Source: Octopus vulgaris
Taxonomy: Eukaryota
NCBI GenBank assembly: GCA_951406725.2
Contig: OX597832.1
Location: 64,542,001-64,606,000 of the forward strand
Direction: 5' to 3'
DNA length: 64,000 bases
The translations under genes were made by a program, and so were the position numbers. Positions 57,557-64,000 of the stretch are shown here, one piece after another (position 1 is the first letter of the stretch; the number at the start of each line of letters is the position of its first letter). The notes under the pieces are model-generated. The model saw only the letters and a list, made by a program, of their open reading frames with translations. It had not been told where the DNA came from and searched no databases.

Positions 57557-57601
57557 TTTACAAGGAAACGTTTCACAGAGCCTTCGAAGTTGAATATACG
57601 T

Positions 57602-57667
<66 letters not shown>

Positions 57668-57716
57668 ACACACGCACACATAGAATAACGTTGTGTTTTC
57701 CAGAAGTGAATAACAT

Positions 57717-57801
57717 AGGCGCAGGAGTGGTTATGTAGTAAGAAGCTTGCTTCCGAACCACATGGTTCCAGTTTCAGTCCCACTGCGTGGCACCTTTGCA
57801 A

Positions 57802-57858
<57 letters not shown>

Positions 57859-58130
57859 ACCTTGGGTAAGTGTCTTCTACTATAGCGTCGGGCCAACAAA
57901 AGCCTTATGAGTGGATATGGTAGACGGAAACTGAAAGAAGCTCGTCGTATATATATATTGTGTGTGTGTCTGTTTGTCCCCCACCATCGCTTGACAACCG
58001 ATGTTGGTGTGTTTACGTCCCTGTAACTTAACGGTTTGGCAAAAGGTACCGATAGAATAAGTCCTGGAGTCAATTTGTGCGACTAAAGGTGGTGCTCCAT
58101 CAAGGCCGGATTCATATGACCGAAACAAAA
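57717..58130 (+). mobile_element. SINE family A interrupted by (TA)n
   Basis: Head at 57718; body resumes at about 57856. Confidence 0.88.
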
Positions 58131-58149
58131 CTCCATCGAATAACACCTT

Positions 58150-58420
58150 TTACAAATCTCTATGCTTCGAATGACCAATTATAAGCAACATTGGAACCCA
58201 CACACAAGGTACAGGAAACTTATATATATACCATTCTGCTCAAATAATGGAACTCCAGATAGAATATCCTTATGTATCTCACTTCTGTTTTCCTTCCTTG
58301 TCTTCACTCTGTATTTCATATCTGCTCAATAATAACTATTGCTTAACCATTTTCTCGCGCTGTCTCTGTCCCAGAAATAGCTATAAGACCTCTTTATAAA
58401 TGTTCTGAAATCTTATGTAT
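58150..58420 (+). mobile_element. PLE-like terminal fragment, paralog of 9899-10200 with the HHR core deleted
   Basis: Shared GAATGACCAATT..CACAAGGTAC..TACCATTCTGC..TTAACCATTTTCTC..CCCAGAAA..TAAGACCT. Confidence 0.7.
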
Positions 58421-59089
58421 ATCTGGTCCAGATGACCCATGATCACATGCATAGCCCGTATATCTCGATCTTGTATGTTGCTTTATGAAGTCTACCTTAT
58501 AAAACGGAGAGGTCAGCTTTTGTCCAATAGAATAGGGCGTGATTTGAAGTGTGGTTTAAACGATATTTGGCTTCTTATTTCTAGCACCTCAGTCTACCAG
58601 GTTTTTGCCAACTGCTCAAAACGCTTAACGTTACATTCCATTTTCAGTGAGTACAATGCGTTAAGAACTCAACCACGCTAGCAGGAAACTTGATATTTCT
58701 GTATATATTTAATCCTGTATCCTATCTCACACAACCAGGTAAGAGAATAAAGTAGAATAACTGAATAGTTACGAACGCTTGAAGATTCCAATAACATATT
58801 CCATTACGAGTACAGCCCACACCAAACATACCCTTTCGCTCAAGTAGCTGTAAACTCTTGTTTGCATGTATACTTAATCTGTATTATGTCTGACATAAGA
58901 AGACAAGTATGGAAAATATACAAATGCCTGCCAAACTATTTCAGTAACTAAGCAATTTAATCCATGAGTTTATTTGAATTGAGCTTCAAATGTTTGACCA
59001 TATTTCATGGTGAAAAGAGACTAACACTCGTTAAAGCCATCTGAATATACTTCTATATGATAGCGGTGCAATGAAAGCGAGGTTGAAAA

Positions 59090-59239
59090 TCACGTCATAA
59101 AAAAAATTCACGTCATGGAAAGAAAAGGACGGGTTTTTGCGGTTTTATTGTTGCTGTTGTTTAGGGAAAACGATGTTGACAATCACCATCACTGTCCTCA
59201 CCCTCCTTCTTCTCCTCCTCCTCGTCATCACAATCATCG

Positions 59240-59272
<33 letters not shown>

Positions 59273-59747
59273 GGCCGCTTATTCGTTTCTTTGTAATATC
59301 TCCTGTTTTAATCGATCGGTTTATATATGTATGCAAGTACACGCACGCACACACACACACACACACGCACACACACACACACACACACACATGCTCTTAT
59401 CGCTCCATCTATCTATGTGTGTGTGCGCGCACGCACGCGTAAATGTGTGTGTTTCCTTGAGTCAACATTGATGATAAGCGTGAGCCTCGAGAGAGATTAT
59501 TGATGTGTGCGTATATTCAGCTGTTTGGTTTCTGAACAAATGCTTCCGTCACAGAGGTGACTTCATACACGACAAATCGGAAAGTAAACTGTACGATGCG
59601 GGTATCTATGCCTGTACGTGTTTGTAGAATTCCGACATTTTCTCATGTTCCTTTATTTTATGTGTGTATTTGTATTTGTGTGGTTTGTTAGTCTTCGTCA
59701 TTTAGGTTCGCTCACTTACTCCCATCAGCTTTTCGGTGATGACGTCA
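59090..59747. promoter_or_regulatory. Cluster of CRE-like motifs
   Basis: TCACGTCA at 59090-59097 and 59108-59115; palindromic TGACGTCA at 59740-59747. Function is unproven. Confidence 0.3.
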
Positions 59748-59934
59748 CACACGCACACACACACACAATATTACTGTTAAAAGCGTGAAAATATGAGAAA
59801 ATATGAAGAGTTTTGGACGACAAGAAGGAACAGCAGTTATACCTCTTGTGTGTGAATCTTCTGTATGTTTCTTTGTCGTGGTTCAGTACAATATTTCATT
59901 TCTCTCTCTCACTCTCTCTCTCTTTGTTGTGTTA

Positions 59935-60236
59935 TTGTCTGTTCCTTCTCGAGCCATGCCTCACTCATAAGGCCGGTTTCCCAGTTTCTTTGGCGTATAG
60001 GTTCCCCACCCGGACGGGACGCCGGTCCGTCGCAGGTGAGCTGCTAGATGCAGGAGGCAAGAATGAGAGAAAGTCATGGCGAAAGAGTCAGCAGAAATTC
60101 GCCATTACCTTCTGCCAGAGCCGCGTTGAGCTGAGGTGTTTCGCTCATAAACACACACATCACCCGGTCTGAGATTCGAACCTGCGATCCTTCGACCGCG
60201 AGTCCGCTGCTCTAACCATTAAGCCATGTGCCTCCA
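59935..60236 (-). mobile_element. SINE with family C head and an alternative tail
   Basis: Minus-strand head GGAGGCACATGGCTTAATGG..GGTTCGAATC; tail GACGGACCGGCGTCCCGTCC..GAAACCGGCC differs from 6985-7162. Confidence 0.85.
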
Positions 60237-60278
60237 CCTCTTTTGGCATACGCCAGGATAATTTATCCCTTTTATAGA

Positions 60279-60340
<62 letters not shown>

Positions 60341-61219
60341 GTGTGTGGTGTGCGTGTTGGTGGGTGGATATATATTACTCTGGCAGGTGTAAAATAGGGA
60401 TTAGAAGGGCAGCGCTAAGTAGTGCTTTAAACATATCCGAATACGTATGAAGGTTGTTCACTCCGAGTAATCAGTTAGCGCAATCAGTTACTGGAAATTA
60501 ATGGGACTGGAAATTATCAATCTTTCGTAGTCAGTTCAGTCTCGCCTCTCTTTTCAGTACCCGATGCTGAAGACCAGATAACTACTTCGAAATGTATGCA
60601 TCACTCGATCTGGATAGAGGGAGCTCAGTACTGACCTGGTGTGTCTATATTTTTTTGTCAAGAGCGGGGAATGTTCTCTATGACAAAATTCAATTAATGG
60701 CCTTCTTACGGGCTTGGATAAATCTCAAGCTTAGTTGAATTGGTACTAAGTTTATACTTATACACACACATTTATCTCCACATTACAATACAGCAAGAGA
60801 AATCACGCGCAGGAGGTGGGTTCGAAGACTGGAATCACGAACACAACGGTAAGAGAAAAGAAAAAAATGAAAAAGAATTAAAGTTACAACTGTAAAGTCG
60901 TATGGCAATATGGTATAGAATCAATGGAAAGGGTCTAAAATTTGCGATATAGCTGTCAACAGTTTCATCTGGGTTTTTTTTTAAAGGGATTTCTTTTCTT
61001 CTCTTGTCGTAAATTATGACTGGTATGGGTCATGTGCCCAGAGCATGTGGATTAATTGGAGACGCGAGAAGTGTTTATAAAATTGCCTGCATAACGTCTT
61101 CATTGAATAAAAAATATTAGTAGTACATTAATATATACAGTGTACATTACACAACATTTATCTCCCACCAGATGGGGCACTTTTTTCTGTTGATCATAAT
61201 GGGAAAGTAAACAATATCC

Positions 61220-61308
<89 letters not shown>

Positions 61309-61479
61309 CCTACATACCTACCTACCTACCTACCTGCATACCGAGTCGGTGTGTGTATATATATATGTGTGTGTATGAGTATGTATGCATATATTTTTGT
61401 ATGTATGTATGTATGTATGTATATGTGTTGTGTGTGTATCTATATATCACGTTGGTATATCTATAACTTATGAGAGTGT

Positions 61480-61660
61480 CTATGAAGAGCTGAGCAGATG
61501 AATGACTTCGGAACAGAAACCCAAGTCTTGAAAGTGTTTTGGCTCCTAGCTCTTCAAGCTGTGAAGTGCTCCAGCTGCAGCGGATCATGATTCCTGGTAA
61601 TGTTTCTGCTGCCACATTCTGTACTACTGCTAGCATTGCAGTCCCCTGGATTTTTAAGGC
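61480..61660 (-). mobile_element. Possible CR1/L2/Jockey-type RT C-terminal remnant
   Basis: Peptide SWSTSQLEELGAKTLSRLGFLFRSHSSAQL resembles the post-RT SW..H....K....LG.L.R region. Confidence 0.45.
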
Positions 61661-62165
61661 GCCCCAGCAGCATGCTATCTCCTCAGGTGTAACTAGCGCT
61701 GAGTGAGAGACCAGTTAACTACACACACAAACACGTGAAAAAATAACACAGAAACAAAAACAGAGACACAAGCTGAGATATATAAAATTACTTTATATAT
61801 TATATAAAAACCTACACAAGCACACACATAAATGTATGCGTGCGCATATGTTAATGGCTGTCTGAAACGGGGAAACGAGAACGTGGCGAAAACACATTTA
61901 ATGTATACGCAGCCACACAGTCCAGCGCTGGAATTTGAGTGTCTTTTAATGTTCCATTAATTTACTGCATGAAGAAACCTTTTTCAACTATCATATGAAA
62001 CGAGAGCTTTCACTTTTGGAATTTTATCCATTTTATACAAACACGCACACACACATATGTATGTGTGCGTATGTGTATGTGTGTGCGCGTGTATGCATAT
62101 ATGAATGTATGTAAAGGATAATAATAAATATATATGTATATATATAATCAAGCTTTATATGTATG

Positions 62166-62223
<58 letters not shown>

Positions 62224-62871
62224 GAGAAATTTATATGTACATATATACATAAACTTGCAAATATGCATGGATATATATATCTACATATATAAACATACAT
62301 ATACACACGTAAATATAAGTATGCTATACATATATAGATATATTTACATAAACGTATATATAAACAGTTATATGTATACTATATATATATATATTTACAC
62401 ACATATATACACACACGCTCACATATGCATGTATATATATATATAAAACAAATTAACGTCTAGCTTTTCTCCAAAACGTTATATCTACGTTTCTTGTCCT
62501 TTTGCTCCAATTCTCAATCGCAACACATTTTCTTAGACTCTAAATTAAAATTCTTATTTCCAATTCTATTTCCTGAAGCCTCAGATAAGATAACAGAAAT
62601 ACAAATGTCCTAATATATGATAATTAGTAATACAATTTACTGTTTATTTGCCGCTATATATGCTAATTAGAATGAAGAACTGCGGTTACCAAATGATATA
62701 TTGTTCAGAGAAAACCGCTGAATCGATAAACTCGTGTCAAAATGTTACAGACTTTAATTACACTCCGATAATTATACTACGTTGATTATTTCCCTGACAT
62801 ATGATTTAGGAGCTCAAAGACGTTTTTATGTATATACGTACATACCTATATACACAACACATATCTATCTA

Positions 62872-62918
<47 letters not shown>

Positions 62919-62954
62919 GTCTCTGTCTGTCTGTCTGTCTGTCTATATACTTGC

Positions 62955-63110
62955 AGGCTTGGCTGTGGAGCAAAAATTATGTTCTTCATTCGGCGGCTTT
63001 TCACTCAGTTCCACTGTGTGACATCTCATTCAAGTGTCATACTGTAAGCCCTGGTGAGCCAAAATTTTGTGAGTAGATTTGGTTGACAGAAATTAAAGTA
63101 AATCTGTCGT
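62955..63110 (+). mobile_element. SINE family A 5' half, degraded
   Basis: TCAGTTCCACTGTGTGACA..TTGTGAGTAGATTTGGTTGACAGAAATT. Confidence 0.7.
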
Positions 63111-63113
63111 GTG

Positions 63114-63169
<56 letters not shown>

Positions 63170-63292
63170 TGTATATGTATATATATGCATATATATGTGA
63201 TGAGTTTGATAAATTTCGTAAGTGCTAACACATGAAACTCTCAGTCCTTGAGTCTCTGTGATACTTCTGTTAACAGCCCCTCCTTCTCTTAA

Positions 63293-63417
<125 letters not shown>

Positions 63418-63739
63418 CAATATATACGACGTTTGACAGCCACACGCTCGCAGACACACACACACGCGTGCATACACACTCATCCATATTCTCTGTATAC
63501 GCACAACGAATGGAACCACAAAAAATAAATAACAATAAATATAAGCATTCGTGGATAAATATTTTTTATAATGCACATAGGTAAATCTAGTCCTAGACTG
63601 AAATTAAGAAGGGACTGTAAACCTACTGGAGCAAATATTCTGAGGTTGAATATGTGGATCTTCTCTTTGTATTCGATGCAGCATGGGGATGGTGCTCAGC
63701 TGGGGACGGGTCTTTAAAGAATGTTGCGTTCTTGTTCCA

Positions 63740-63870
63740 GTAACTGTTCTGTTTGTCGATAGTGTGTTTCGCCGACGAATAAGGCACTGCAGATTTGGTA
63801 TGTGTTGTGAGTATATATTGGTGGAGACGGAGCAGCGTGTGGCTTTGACTTTGATATATTCCTGTCAAAA
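63740..63870 (-). mobile_element. Possible PLE RT thumb-region remnant
   Basis: Peptide HQYILTTHTKSAVPYS resembles HQYL...S.HP.HTK.AIPYS; the match is short. Confidence 0.3.
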
Positions 63871-64000
63871 TAGGTTAATTCTCCGCAGGCGCCCCGGCCA
63901 ACTCTACTCAGGTCTGACAGGTTAAACAGAGTATTTTCTTTTAAAAGATTCCAATATATGAAATAGACGCTGCAAGTGAGAGGTGTCAGAAAACGGAGTT

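Overview
Eukaryotic, AT-rich, microsatellite-saturated DNA, mostly intronic or intergenic. The SINE/MITE inventory resembles an octopus (cephalopod) genome; this is an inference from repeat sequence only. Almost all ORFs in the supplied track are microsatellite artefacts. One credible protein-coding exon is visible (33402-33485, minus strand, signal-peptide-like). The rest is transposon debris: three tRNA-derived SINE families (called A, B, C here), CR1-type and R4/Dong-type LINE remnants, a Helitron, mariner/Tigger/TTAA MITEs and Penelope-like elements (PLEs). The main hidden signal is a set of minimal type I hammerhead ribozyme (HHR) motifs in PLE-like pieces inserted in (TA)n. Four unrelated motifs lie within about 1.7 kb (8.4-10.2 kb), one of them inside a near-perfect 123-bp palindrome. 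A 353-bp-period tandem with two HHRs and an inverted arm resembles a retrozyme (20.7-21.3 kb). A 5'-truncated PLE with a GIY-YIG C-terminus and inverted terminal arms lies at 15.7-16.9 kb. All folds and alignments were done by eye, and repeat boundaries are approximate unless termini are quoted.
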